A stretch of 64,000 nt of DNA. Origin: Candidatus Gottesmanbacteria bacterium. GTDB taxonomy: Bacteria; Patescibacteriota; Microgenomatia; UBA10105; UBA927. Of the stretch, positions 49,885 through 59,904 are shown in pieces (position 1 is the first letter of the stretch; each line of letters begins with the position of its first letter). The stretch spans positions 915 through 64,914 of the forward strand of contig JAUXTO010000022.1 in NCBI GenBank assembly GCA_030679255.1, read 5' to 3'. The notes below the pieces were generated by a model. It was not told the DNA's origin and did not search any database. It saw only the letters and a program-made list of their open reading frames with translations. The translations under genes were made by a program, and so were the position numbers.

Positions 49885-50229
49885 TTACTTTCCCGCCATC
49901 TTTGCCAGTTGCGCTTCTGCAATATCGCCGACTTTCGGCACTTTGTACATTTCTCCCTGAAACGCTTTCCACATACACACAATCCAGAGGATGAATGATA
50001 CGAGCGATAACACGAGTCCTGTGAGCCATCCCAATATCGGGATAAATCCAAGCGCGATATTAGCGAGAAATACGCCGCCAAAAAGGACGGTCGATTGCAT
50101 CGCGTGAAAACGGACGAATTTGCTTTGCTTCTCGAGGAGCAGGAAGATAATTCCGGTCACAAATCCCAACAGGTAGCTAGCTGCGGCCATGAGATTTTCA
50201 TTTCCTTTTGTTGTTGTTCCATTTGCCAT
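49885..50229 (-). CDS. DUF4870-like small membrane protein
   Basis: SKFVRFHAMQS motif; 3 TM helices. Confidence 0.6.
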   Translation of the reverse strand: MANGTTTKGNENLMAAASYLLGFVTGIIFLLLEKQSKFVRFHAMQSTVLFGGVFLANIALGFIPILGWLTGLVLSLVSFILWIVCMWKAFQGEMYKVPKVGDIAEAQLAKMAGK

Positions 50230-50498
50230 ATATACTCACCACCTTTCATTAGAAACAGTTTACGAGTTTTACAAATAATTACTGTTTCTTATGTCCGCCA
50301 AGAAATCACTCCACGAGCCGCGCTACTGCCTGTCCGCCTCTGGCGGAAATAGTAGGTAAGGCGAGTGGTAAGATCTGGCGGATCTCTTCTTCACCATACC
50401 ATGACTTTTTTCACTCCGTCAATGAGGAAGTTTCGTTCCTTGATTTTAATAGGCAAGAAATATAGAATTATAGAAAGTCAGAAAAAGGGAAATTCCAT

Positions 50499-50684
50499 AT
50501 GCAACAACCTCCACTCGAAGCAGTCATCAGAATGCAACCAAAAGGTGTCATCACCATCCCAATAAAAATGCGTCAAGCGCTCAACATAGAGACAGGTACA
50601 TTCTTGCGGCTGACAGTAAACCATAATCAAATCATTATCGAACCCCTTCGGATTGTCCCCCACCGCTCCACCACCAGTACCTAA
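50499..50684 (+). CDS. AbrB/SpoVT/MazE-family antitoxin-like protein
   Basis: KGVITIPIKMRQALNIETGTFLRL. Confidence 0.55.
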   Translation: MQQPPLEAVIRMQPKGVITIPIKMRQALNIETGTFLRLTVNHNQIIIEPLRIVPHRSTTST

Positions 50685-50713
50685 CAGACGAATAGCTGAA
50701 CAAAACTTCTATA

Positions 50714-50995
50714 CTACCCCACCCTCCCCAACTCCTTCTCCACCCGCTCGACGAGGAACATTTTCATGAGCGACTGGTACGGCACGTCACGCTTGTTGGC
50801 CATTTGTTTAAGACTGGCCAAGAGCCATTCGGGGAGTCGCAACGAAATCGAATTCGTCGTTAATTTCAAATTGGGAAATATTACCCGTTCCGCCTTACTG
50901 GTATCAAAATAGTCTGTGACATCGTGTGATGACCAAAATTCAAACTCTTGTATTTCGTTTTTAAAATCCGGAGTCTTTTTTAATTTCTTCTGCAT
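50714..50995 (-). CDS. BrnA-like (CopG-type) antitoxin, no obvious BrnT partner
   Basis: ISLRLPEWLLASLKQMANKRDVPYQSLMKMFL. Confidence 0.5.
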   Translation of the reverse strand: MQKKLKKTPDFKNEIQEFEFWSSHDVTDYFDTSKAERVIFPNLKLTTNSISLRLPEWLLASLKQMANKRDVPYQSLMKMFLVERVEKELGRVG

Positions 50996-51023
50996 ACGCC
51001 CTCCTTTCTTTCTTATTCATATT

Positions 51024-53672
51024 TTACAACAAACTCATTTGTTCTTTCGACGCGTCCACGAGGGGTTTATCTTCATCGTCGCGCCAGAGTTTCACGACAC
51101 CAAATACTCCGTCATACCCGGGATCGATGACGAGATCCCCACGTCGGACTTTATCGATACCTTCAGCTATCCTTGCGCCCGCAACCTTCGTAATTTCCTC
51201 TATAGTCGCGTTCAGAAGCACATTAAACTCCCCACCCAATGCATCTGTCAGCGTCATGTACGGCCCCTGTACCTTGGGGCTTGCAACCGGTGATCCAATA
51301 CACTCATGAATTATCTCTTGTAAGGGTACGAGCATCACAAACGGCGGCCTGTTTGGAAATTTCTTGCTTCCCGTCATCCGAATTGTTTTCTTATCTGACA
51401 GCTGACCCGCTTCGCCGGAGCTTGAGCGAGGCGAGTAGTTGACAGCTGATAGCTTGAGTGATTCCTCGCTCCTCCCTGCCAGCTGTTCAACTCTCTGCAC
51501 GACACCCTGGACAAGCGGTTTCCCACACACAGGACACGTCGTCCCCTTCTTTGCCGTCTCCTCGGGACCCCACCGTATCCCGCACGCCCGGTGCCCCGAC
51601 CAATGATACTTCCCCTCTTCGGGATAAAATTCTATCGTATAAGCAATCTTAGCTTTCAGCTTTCTGTCTTCAGTCTTCAGACTTGAAGAACGTATCGCAT
51701 CATAAATCATCTGATAGCTGAGAGCTGACGACTGACGACTAGTCTCAAATACCGTCGCTTCCCTCCCCAACTTCGGCCCCGAGTGCGCATCGGAAAAAGA
51801 CAGAATCGATCGATGATCAAGTTCCTTGATGCGCCAATTCATCGCCGGATTACTCGATAACCCCGTCTCTATCGCATAAATATGCTTTGCATACGGCCCA
51901 AATGCCTCATCCAGACTCTCAAACCCACCCTTCTCGCCATAGACCGAGAACCACGGAGTCCAGCAATTATGAACAACCGCATACTCTGCGATATATGAAT
52001 GATCCTTTTCCACCTCCAGGTTATAGACATCGCCTTCATACACTTTTTTTGTTATTTCCTTTATCGGCAAATAGACGTTCATTTTGTCGATCCATCCATG
52101 CCTACGGTCCAACGTTGTTTGCGACTTCGGCATTTCTTTTTTGAGATCAAACGCATCCTCAAAGAAAGAAAGATTTGACATTGAATAGAGATCATAGTTA
52201 AATTTTATCACCCGGTTGCCAATTTTATGATTACCTATTCTTTGATGCACCGCTTCATTATTTATGATAATAGATGGAATAATACCCAGACGAAGACACA
52301 CAGCTTTCATCTGATGTACCAACATTCGCGACGTCGTATATCCACGATCTCCCCTATACCACCCGCGGAGACATTCTGCTTGTGCAGCAGCATCTGCCAT
52401 TAGGAGCACAGATGGAATCATTTTATTGCTTGCGGAATGTTTTTGTCCTGGTGTGTAGCATTGGTGAGCGAACCACTGGGCATGGAGTTTGGAATAATAA
52501 ATAATTTCCACACCTTTTGTCTGTTTCCGACGATACAGTCGATTGTAATCAATGCCAAGTACGTTTTTCACTAATTGAACGACATCATCGATATATTCCT
52601 GTTCCTTTTCAGAAAAACAAAAGGAAAAACTATTGTCGCCGTCCGTGGACCCCTCCGCAATATAATACCCGACCAATCTACCCAAATCCGACGTTATGGG
52701 AATTCTGTTTTTCAGCACTCTCCCCCGTGTTCCCCCGGCGCGAATTAAACTTTCGTGCCCTCCATTTACATCCAAATACATATCTGTTTCGCGCTTCATC
52801 GTTTGCGAACGTGGATATACGAGCATATCACCTACGGTTAAATCTTCTGCCTTAACCCATGCTGGTTTATACTTCAAACATTCTTTTCTTTTGCAAAGAG
52901 AAAGGTGCGATCTGCTGGGTCGGCATATATCGCCGGTACTCGAACACTTCTTAATTGTTTGGATAGCATAATATGGATGCTCCGGCGTCGTCACAAGCCC
53001 GGGACGGAAGTACCAAGGTTGTACATGAAGAACAAATCCTTTATATGAACGTTTTTTTACTTCTGTAACGCTATGCAGCTCACCGGTGTGTGTTAACACA
53101 CCATCACCTTCTACAATTTTGTCGATACGTTTCGGCACAAAATTATCTCCCAATATCATCGAATCAGGGAGAAGACAATGCGCCGGTATGATCAACGCTT
53201 TAGGCTCTATAGCCAACACGAGTTCGGCTATATGGATGCAGGAAAGCCCCACGATAGGCCGACCGTCGCTCATGAGATTGCAGCCGCGCTTCGTCATCTC
53301 CTGACTAATTTTCCGGGCAGACGCAATGGTCGGCACCCAGATGAGTGTATGCACCCGCCGGACTTTCCCGCCCTGGGAATAAATCGAAGAAACTTCGGTA
53401 GCAAGCATAAAATGAGGACTTTTGACTTTCTTGCCCGCCGTAGCTTTAGCGGAGGTGGGTGACTTTTGACTTTTGACTTGTAATAACCCATTCCCCAACT
53501 CCACCAGATCCCTCTCTATCTCCCGAAACCACATCGGGTGCATCCAGTCGCCTGTCGCGACCAATCCTATCCCCTTCCTCCTCGCCCACGCGGCAATATT
53601 GGGGATAGTCATAGCCGGCGACACCGCACGGGAAAAATGGGAGTGGAGCTGTAAGTCGGCAATAATCTGCAT
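51024..53672 (-). CDS. PHP-domain protein (EndoQ/TIGR00375-like?) with C-terminal zinc ribbon, interrupted by a LAGLIDADG intein
   Basis: N-terminal ADLQLHSHFS PHP motif. Intein Cys1 ...AH|CLLPDS..., LAGLIDADG blocks LVGYYIAEGSTDGDN and LRGWYRGDRGY, C-terminal VVHN|C. Extein resumes CWTPWF...SFSDAHS; later CPVCGKPL. Confidence 0.7.
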   Translation of the reverse strand: MQIIADLQLHSHFSRAVSPAMTIPNIAAWARRKGIGLVATGDWMHPMWFREIERDLVELGNGLLQVKSQKSPTSAKATAGKKVKSPHFMLATEVSSIYSQGGKVRRVHTLIWVPTIASARKISQEMTKRGCNLMSDGRPIVGLSCIHIAELVLAIEPKALIIPAHCLLPDSMILGDNFVPKRIDKIVEGDGVLTHTGELHSVTEVKKRSYKGFVLHVQPWYFRPGLVTTPEHPYYAIQTIKKCSSTGDICRPSRSHLSLCKRKECLKYKPAWVKAEDLTVGDMLVYPRSQTMKRETDMYLDVNGGHESLIRAGGTRGRVLKNRIPITSDLGRLVGYYIAEGSTDGDNSFSFCFSEKEQEYIDDVVQLVKNVLGIDYNRLYRRKQTKGVEIIYYSKLHAQWFAHQCYTPGQKHSASNKMIPSVLLMADAAAQAECLRGWYRGDRGYTTSRMLVHQMKAVCLRLGIIPSIIINNEAVHQRIGNHKIGNRVIKFNYDLYSMSNLSFFEDAFDLKKEMPKSQTTLDRRHGWIDKMNVYLPIKEITKKVYEGDVYNLEVEKDHSYIAEYAVVHNCWTPWFSVYGEKGGFESLDEAFGPYAKHIYAIETGLSSNPAMNWRIKELDHRSILSFSDAHSGPKLGREATVFETSRQSSALSYQMIYDAIRSSSLKTEDRKLKAKIAYTIEFYPEEGKYHWSGHRACGIRWGPEETAKKGTTCPVCGKPLVQGVVQRVEQLAGRSEESLKLSAVNYSPRSSSGEAGQLSDKKTIRMTGSKKFPNRPPFVMLVPLQEIIHECIGSPVASPKVQGPYMTLTDALGGEFNVLLNATIEEITKVAGARIAEGIDKVRRGDLVIDPGYDGVFGVVKLWRDDEDKPLVDASKEQMSLL
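51966..53177 (-). mobile_element. Intein (404 aa) with a LAGLIDADG homing-endonuclease domain inside the PHP-domain gene
   Basis: Bounded by Cys (residue 166) and His-Asn (568-569), followed by a Cys +1; contains two LAGLIDADG motifs. Confidence 0.7.
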
Positions 53673-53674
53673 AG

Positions 53675-53911
53675 TTATTTCTTCTTATTCAGTACCATTA
53701 CACACCACGCGCAAAACGCAAGCATACTCCAGGATACGATGATCATAACGAGCCCGCTTCCTAGAGACGGATAAAGAAGATGCAGGCCCAAAAAACGGAA
53801 AAAATTCATTTCGCTCCAAGAACCTTTCATGATTGCTACAGAAAGGAGTATGACAAAGTGAAGAAGTCCAAAATATCCTATTGTTACGATGAGTGCATTC
53901 CAATACTTCAC
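53675..53911 (-). CDS. Small membrane protein (78 aa)
   Basis: Two hydrophobic helices. Confidence 0.4.
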   Translation of the reverse strand: MKYWNALIVTIGYFGLLHFVILLSVAIMKGSWSEMNFFRFLGLHLLYPSLGSGLVMIIVSWSMLAFCAWCVMVLNKKK

Positions 53912-53916
53912 GGGCT

Positions 53917-54738
53917 TTATGATAGCATGTCTTTGAGCAATTTTTTATACCCTTTCTGAAAAATCCTGATGACGGATCCGGTCGGCCGTTTCTTTTTCCG
54001 ATAAATCTGTCCGCCCAATTCATACCCTCTAATATGTTTCGGAGATTGACCAGTGATCAGTACGCGCAGGATACCCTTGGCATACACCTGCAAAAATCTC
54101 ATTCTCCCCTGCTCTCTATACCGTCGAAACGATTGAATATAAAGTGTTTCCCGGATGATGGTGAGAGGAATCCCTAGTCTTGCTAATTTTTGTGTCAGAT
54201 CATAATCCTCCCCAAACGTCCGTGTTTGGTCGTACCCACCGGTGCGTTCAAAAAGGGCTTTTGTTACCCCAACGACCCCGGCGGCAATTGGTTTTTTTAC
54301 CATGAGTGCACCTTCTATCATCCCAATAGCAAGAAGCGACACGGCTACATCGGATGGATTAGACGTATCAGGGCTATACCAAGGAGTAAAAAATTGATGA
54401 TTACCATCAGAGATATACGTTCGTATGCGTTCAATACAATATGGATACAGGATGACATCCGCATCGATAAATACGAGATAATCACCGGTCGCCCGGCCCA
54501 CTCCCAAGTTTTTCTGATATGATACCCCAGCTTTTCCCGCATGAACAATTGATAGATGAGGCACCTTTTTTATGTACAATTGGGCTACCTCAACAGTCTT
54601 ATCCCCTGATTCCCCGTCCACGATAATCACTTCAAAATCTTGGTCATGTTGTTCCATCAACGAATCCAAAAGGTGCGGAAGAAACTTTTCTTCGTTCAGC
54701 GTTGGGATGATTATGGAAATCGTTGGCTTCTGACTCAT
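53917..54738 (-). CDS. Family-2 glycosyltransferase
   Basis: ISIIIPTLNEEKFL ... VIIVDGESGDKT ... FIDADV (DxD). Confidence 0.8.
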   Translation of the reverse strand: MSQKPTISIIIPTLNEEKFLPHLLDSLMEQHDQDFEVIIVDGESGDKTVEVAQLYIKKVPHLSIVHAGKAGVSYQKNLGVGRATGDYLVFIDADVILYPYCIERIRTYISDGNHQFFTPWYSPDTSNPSDVAVSLLAIGMIEGALMVKKPIAAGVVGVTKALFERTGGYDQTRTFGEDYDLTQKLARLGIPLTIIRETLYIQSFRRYREQGRMRFLQVYAKGILRVLITGQSPKHIRGYELGGQIYRKKKRPTGSVIRIFQKGYKKLLKDMLS

Positions 54739-54741
54739 ATA

Positions 54742-55563
54742 TTATTGAAATAATTTTACTATGGACTTGAGATGCAACATGATATCCGCAACGACCTTTT
54801 CATTCCATGTTACATTATTTTTATTATAAAGTTGCCCGCCCATGATAAACCCCGGAACTCCGTCCGGTGATTTGTTGGTGAGTAATACAGATATTGCGGA
54901 GTAGATGTACGCTCCCATTGCGCCAAGCATTCCTTGTTTTCTGTATCGTCTGAGTGAATAGACACAAAGCACCTCGCGTAATACGGATAGGGGTACATGT
55001 TTTTTATACAACCGGGTAGAAAAATCGTGGTCCTCGCCAAACGCTTTCTGTTCGTCATATCCGCCTACCCGGTCAAATATATCTTTTCTTACCACAACAA
55101 ACGGCCCCGGCGACCACGGGCGCTTGACGAGAATATAACCCTCAATGACAATGTTATTGAGGAGTATGAGAATAGCATCTTTGATCTCCTCACTATCGGC
55201 GCGGAACCACGAAGTGAAAAACGGGGCCTTCATGGTATGAATATGATCAATGCACCGCTGGATCAGATACGGCAAGGCGACCGTATCGGCATCGACAAAT
55301 ATATACCACGATCCGTGCGCGTGTTTTGCTCCCAAATTCCGCTGATATGGCAGGCTCGCCTTCTCTCCAACCAGAACCCGCAAGGATGGAAGTTTTTTCT
55401 CAAATGATTTGGCCACTGCCACGGTCTTGTCTTTCGATTTCCCATCGACGACAATCACTTCAAAGTTTTTTTGGGATTGTCCGGCAAGCGACTCCAGAAG
55501 ATGCGGTAAAAACTTTTCTTCATTGAGGGCCGGTATGATGACAGAAAATAAAGGATTCTTCAT
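54742..55563 (-). CDS. Family-2 glycosyltransferase (tandem paralog)
   Basis: FSVIIPALNEEKFL ... VIVVDGKSKDKT ... FVDADT. Confidence 0.8.
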   Translation of the reverse strand: MKNPLFSVIIPALNEEKFLPHLLESLAGQSQKNFEVIVVDGKSKDKTVAVAKSFEKKLPSLRVLVGEKASLPYQRNLGAKHAHGSWYIFVDADTVALPYLIQRCIDHIHTMKAPFFTSWFRADSEEIKDAILILLNNIVIEGYILVKRPWSPGPFVVVRKDIFDRVGGYDEQKAFGEDHDFSTRLYKKHVPLSVLREVLCVYSLRRYRKQGMLGAMGAYIYSAISVLLTNKSPDGVPGFIMGGQLYNKNNVTWNEKVVADIMLHLKSIVKLFQ

Positions 55564-55615
55564 ATTGGTTTATTGGTAGTATTTGAAATTGGTAGTATTG
55601 GTACTATTGGTAGTA

Positions 55616-57379
55616 TTAATTTCTATTCCCCCCCTGCTCCCGATACATTTTTTTGATCTCCTCGACACTCGTGGCCTGAGCGGGTGACTTATCCGTCCGT
55701 ATTCTCACTAATCTTGGGAAACGGACGGCAACGCCCGCCCCGTGCGTGGACGATTTGGTGAGATCGTCGCCCGCTATTTCCACAACGATCTTCGGCTCTA
55801 TCCACACGTCCGGCTCAAGCATTTTCGGGACCTCAGGATATTGCTTCGGTCTGATACCTGACGACTGACGACTGAACGCTGTTTTTAGTGATTTCCACAT
55901 TTCGTCCGTCACTCCCGTACCAATTTTTGTAATCGTCACAAAATCCTCTCCTTTTCTTACCCCCACGAGAAACGCGCCAATCCCAAACCCCGCCCTTTTT
56001 CCTTCTCCACGGTAGTAGCCCATGACGACCGCATCGATGGTGTCGGTAAGTTTGCCGATCTTGCCTTCTTCTTCCTTAAATTTCACCCAGCTGTACCCGC
56101 GCCTCCCGGGCTCATAGGGACTATGCCATTTTTTCACGACCGCCCCTTCTAAACCTTTCTTTATTTGTTCGTCATGATATGACCGGATTCTCTCCGGGGA
56201 ATCCGTCACGATTTGCGGAGCAATCACGAGCATACCTCCCCTATCACCCTCTTTGATTGTTTCTTCCAAAATCTTTCTTCTCTCCGACAGTGGAGTACTG
56301 AGCAAATCCTTCCCGTCTTTATAGAGGATGTCAAAAACGAAAAATTTGAGAGGAACTTTCAGAAGCGACGCTTGGATATCGTGCTTCCTCTTACGTGTCG
56401 ATGTCTCCTGAAATGGGATAAGCTTGCCGGTCGCCGGATCCATCCCCACCGCCTCACTGTCTAAAATAACGTCGTGAGCGTTCAACTGCTTTCCAACCTC
56501 TTGCAACTCCGGAAACATCTCCGTCGTATTCTCCAAATTCCTCGAAAACGTCTTCACTCTTTCTATCTTGCTATTTTGCTCTCTTGCTATCTTGCTGTAA
56601 TGAATTTGCACCCTCACGCCATCATATTTCCCTTCGACGGCGACCTCTCCCATCTTTTTGATCATTTCATCCGCGGTTGGCAGGCGCTGGCAAAGAGACG
56701 CAAGGATCGGCGCGCCGACGACGGCTTTTACATGAGACAGCCCCGCGATCCCGCGCTCTTTAATTTGTGTTGCGAGAAGCCCGATGTCCGGCCGGATATT
56801 GTAAACTTCCTCGAGCCTCTCTCTTTGAGTTTTATCACCCGCAAGCATCCAGGACAGGGCGTCGAGGATCGTCATGTCCGAAAACCCGAGTCGGAGTTTA
56901 TCCAGTGGTATCCGCACAAAATACCGTACAGACAATGCATCGAGGGATCCTAAAAGTTCTGCAAGTGCTTCAATCTTCCCCTCCTGCGACCCCTCTCCCC
57001 CCATCCCCGTAATTTCAACAAGTCGTTGATAAACGTTATCGATTGTTCTATTCTTTCCCTGATTCCTGATTCGGGATTCCTGATTCGATATATGCTCGGC
57101 GGCCGCTCCCAAATCTCCAAGTTTCCCAAACGCTCGTTTCACAATCTCATCCTCTACTCCATACGCTTTGGCGATAGCGCGTATCATCAATTTATCTCCC
57201 ACACCAAACTCGATGGGTTCATAGAGTGGCGCCACACGGCCTTGAAGCAAGTAACAAAGTTTGCCGATTTCCTCGCGACCGGCCTTCGTAAATAATTCTG
57301 CAAGTATCTCCGTCATCGCATTACGGGAGGGGGTCGCCTCAAGCTTTTGAAAAAAAATTGATAATTCTGCAAACGTCAT
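55616..57379 (-). CDS. lig: ATP-dependent DNA ligase
   Basis: Adenylation motif KYDGVRVQIH; 587 aa; contains the in-frame GACGACTGA insert (AFSRQSSGIRPK). Confidence 0.85.
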   Translation of the reverse strand: MTFAELSIFFQKLEATPSRNAMTEILAELFTKAGREEIGKLCYLLQGRVAPLYEPIEFGVGDKLMIRAIAKAYGVEDEIVKRAFGKLGDLGAAAEHISNQESRIRNQGKNRTIDNVYQRLVEITGMGGEGSQEGKIEALAELLGSLDALSVRYFVRIPLDKLRLGFSDMTILDALSWMLAGDKTQRERLEEVYNIRPDIGLLATQIKERGIAGLSHVKAVVGAPILASLCQRLPTADEMIKKMGEVAVEGKYDGVRVQIHYSKIAREQNSKIERVKTFSRNLENTTEMFPELQEVGKQLNAHDVILDSEAVGMDPATGKLIPFQETSTRKRKHDIQASLLKVPLKFFVFDILYKDGKDLLSTPLSERRKILEETIKEGDRGGMLVIAPQIVTDSPERIRSYHDEQIKKGLEGAVVKKWHSPYEPGRRGYSWVKFKEEEGKIGKLTDTIDAVVMGYYRGEGKRAGFGIGAFLVGVRKGEDFVTITKIGTGVTDEMWKSLKTAFSRQSSGIRPKQYPEVPKMLEPDVWIEPKIVVEIAGDDLTKSSTHGAGVAVRFPRLVRIRTDKSPAQATSVEEIKKMYREQGGNRN

Positions 57380-57475
57380 AGGTGAATTATTTCATTTCAT
57401 TGTTCTATTGCTCTATTGGCTCATTGTAGCATTCATTGGTCGGATTGGGTTATTGGTCTCGGATTGGTCGGATTA

Positions 57476-57661
57476 TTAGCGTATGAAGAAATAGTAGGCA
57501 GCCACCACGACTAAAAGAAAGATAATCCCAAACGTAAGGACGAGTCCTCCATCGCTCTCTTCTTTGGATATCTTATACACGCCCTGCCCGACGACGATGA
57601 GCGCAAACAACGTCGGAATGACCATAAGGAGATAGGTGATACCAGGACCATTTAAATTCAT
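57476..57661 (-). CDS. Small membrane protein (61 aa)
   Basis: Two TM helices. Confidence 0.4.
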   Translation of the reverse strand: MNLNGPGITYLLMVIPTLFALIVVGQGVYKISKEESDGGLVLTFGIIFLLVVVAAYYFFIR

Positions 57662-57796
57662 AATGCCTTAATCCAACCAATTTACCAATCCGACCAATAA
57701 ATGAGTTAATGACATAATAGCTGAAGGAATTAATTCATTTTTTCATTCTCACATTCATTGGTAAATTGGGTTATTGGTCTGGATTGGTCGGATTCG

Positions 57797-58840
57797 CTAG
57801 GTACGCAGCACATATCGTGCTCCCTTCGTCGTTCCTTCTTTGACCACTATACCTTTTTTGAGTAAGTCCTTCAATTCCCGGAGTACCGTGTCTTCGCTCA
57901 CCATGGGAAACAGTTCAAAAAATGATTTATTCTGCAAAAACCCACTCTCCTGGATATACTCGATGATCTTGATCTGTCGCTCTGAGAGAGAAATCTGCTG
58001 TCCGCCGAGGGACTTTTTTATCTTGAGATCCGTAGAAAGTCCCTTCACTTTTTCCTTGATACGCGTCAGTTCAATCGCGAGTCCCTCGATGAAGTATTCA
58101 AGCCAGACGTTGAGGTTTCCTCCTGCTTTCCCGACACTTTGGAGCGCTTCATAGTAGGCCATAGGTTCGCGGTCATAGTATTCTTCAAGAGCAAAAAAAC
58201 GTTTGATGTCATACCCTTCTTTAAAAAGGACGAGAGTCGCTGTCGCCCGCGCGACTCTCCCGTTGCCATCCAGGAATGGATGGATGCGGACCGCCTCATA
58301 GTGCGTGATGCCGGCTTTGAGCGCTGTATGCACTTGGTCATCGGTTGTGCCATTGAGCCATTCCAAAAATGACCGGAGCAAGAATGGCACTTCGATGGCC
58401 GGCGGCGGCCGGAAGGTGATCTCGCCGGTGGCCGAATTTTTCACGACGACCTGGGTCTTGCGGTACTCCCCCACTTGCTCGTCGGGTAGTAGCCGGTGGG
58501 TCGTAAGCTCATGAATATGTTTGATGGTTTCCTCGCTAATTTCTTTTTTATCGTACCCCTCGATGAACTTGAGGACATTTCGGTAGTTAAGCACTTCCTG
58601 GATATCGCGGTCGCGTCCCACAATCTTTCCGCCGGCCAACACCTGTTCTGCCTCGGTTTTATTAAGTTCATTTCCCTCAATGTGGGTGCCATGGTGGACG
58701 GTCCGGACGATCGCCTCCTCGCGAAATTTGGCTTCCCATGCCGGCACGAGGGGCGAATTCTCGATCACTTCCTTCGCCGCCTCAATCGTCCCGATGAGCC
58801 GAAGAAGTTTGTTGGTGATGGTGAAGTTAGGAGAGTACAT
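57797..58840 (-). CDS. Fic/DOC-family protein with C-terminal wHTH
   Basis: HPFLDGNGRVARATATLVL; start trimmed to MYSPNF. Confidence 0.8.
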   Translation of the reverse strand: MYSPNFTITNKLLRLIGTIEAAKEVIENSPLVPAWEAKFREEAIVRTVHHGTHIEGNELNKTEAEQVLAGGKIVGRDRDIQEVLNYRNVLKFIEGYDKKEISEETIKHIHELTTHRLLPDEQVGEYRKTQVVVKNSATGEITFRPPPAIEVPFLLRSFLEWLNGTTDDQVHTALKAGITHYEAVRIHPFLDGNGRVARATATLVLFKEGYDIKRFFALEEYYDREPMAYYEALQSVGKAGGNLNVWLEYFIEGLAIELTRIKEKVKGLSTDLKIKKSLGGQQISLSERQIKIIEYIQESGFLQNKSFFELFPMVSEDTVLRELKDLLKKGIVVKEGTTKGARYVLRT

Positions 58841-58963
58841 ATTCCCGCATTTCAATCCTGTATAACCAGGTAGTAGAACTTCGACGCGAAAACGAAGTTT
58901 TCGCTTTGCAGCGCGCTTTTTTGCGTGCTGTGTCGAAGTTTCACTACCTGGTATAATAAACGC

Positions 58964-59233
58964 ATGGACCAAAAAACACAACTATCAGAGAAGAAAAAAC
59001 TCCACAAGGAAATTCTCAAACAGATGGTCACCCTGTCCGCCTCCGGCTTCGGGCTCGTCGCAGCGCTTGCCTGGAACAATGTCATCCAGGAGCTCGTGAG
59101 CAATTACATCAAACCCTACCTCCCCAACGGGGGTCTTCTTTCACTACTCATCTACGCCATCCTCATTACCATGCTCGCTGTCACCATTACCTATCAACTC
59201 TCAAAACTTGTGGAAAAACTGGAGAAATCATGA
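58964..59233 (+). CDS. Small membrane protein
   Basis: SASGFGLVAALAWNNVIQELV plus a second helix. Confidence 0.45.
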   Translation: MDQKTQLSEKKKLHKEILKQMVTLSASGFGLVAALAWNNVIQELVSNYIKPYLPNGGLLSLLIYAILITMLAVTITYQLSKLVEKLEKS

Positions 59234-59478
59234 AAACTCGGGGTACAAACAAATTCGAACGGCGCATTGCATTTCGCGGGTGGAGAAGGCATATTGGTGC
59301 CTCAGAAAGGAGGCAGTTTGAGGAAAGTAGAAAGAAAATTACGATGCAGGAAGAAGCTCCTTCATCACCCCCGGTATCTCCCCGGCCAAATCCGTCGCGT
59401 CAAACGCGACTTGAGCCGCGTTAGACGGGGCTGGCACGTTTGACCGTGTCGTTGCGTTGAAGTAGGGCCCCGTGTCTC

Positions 59479-59904
59479 TCATTTCTGGTCATCCAAGCCA
59501 AAGCGGATGTAGCCGTTTTTGCGGAAAACCTCATCATAGCCGAAGACAAATTTCGTATTGTACGCATCAGCCGTCGCCATCACGAGACAATCGGTGAAAC
59601 TTACGGAAGCCGGTTGTGACGAAAACTTAACGAGTGCTTCTTTTCGAATAGTTGTTGATGTTTCTACTATTGTGAAATCCGGCGACTCCAGGATGCTCTT
59701 TCCTACTCGTACCGCGATGTCGTGACTGACTTTTTTACCAAGAACATTGACCGTCTCGGTGACTATTTCGCCGGGCATGATGAACGGAAGATGTTGTTCT
59801 TGGATAGAAACACTGCCGGCCAGAGCACGGGCGTGATTGCTGTCTGTCGCCGAAACAAGCGAAACAAACCCGCTGGAGTCTGCTATGACAGGACTTTTCA
59901 TCAT
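59479..59904 (-). CDS. PIN-domain toxin
   Basis: VIADSSGFVSL ... LVMATADAYN. Confidence 0.7.
   Translation of the reverse strand: MMKSPVIADSSGFVSLVSATDSNHARALAGSVSIQEQHLPFIMPGEIVTETVNVLGKKVSHDIAVRVGKSILESPDFTIVETSTTIRKEALVKFSSQPASVSFTDCLVMATADAYNTKFVFGYDEVFRKNGYIRFGLDDQK

Noticed and set aside
49289-50029. Long N-terminal extension of pth (ORF begins 50 codons upstream of MKLIVGLGNPG)
   Set aside because: The extension overlaps the DUF4870 gene and has no conservation. The canonical Pth N-terminus begins at the internal Met, so 49879 was used.
50499-50995. 50499..50684 (+) and 50714..50995 (-) as a toxin-antitoxin pair
   Set aside because: Both resemble antitoxin-type DNA-binding proteins (AbrB-like and BrnA-like) and are convergent. 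No toxin partner is evident, so they were left as orphan or unpaired.
51395-51455. Segment CAGCTGACCCGCTTCGCCGGAGC inside the PHP gene resembling the ~70-nt hairpin element
   Set aside because: Only a short partial match (CCCGCTTCGC). The rest follows the GACGACTGA/CTGACAGCTGA repeat family, which is insufficient to call an element copy.
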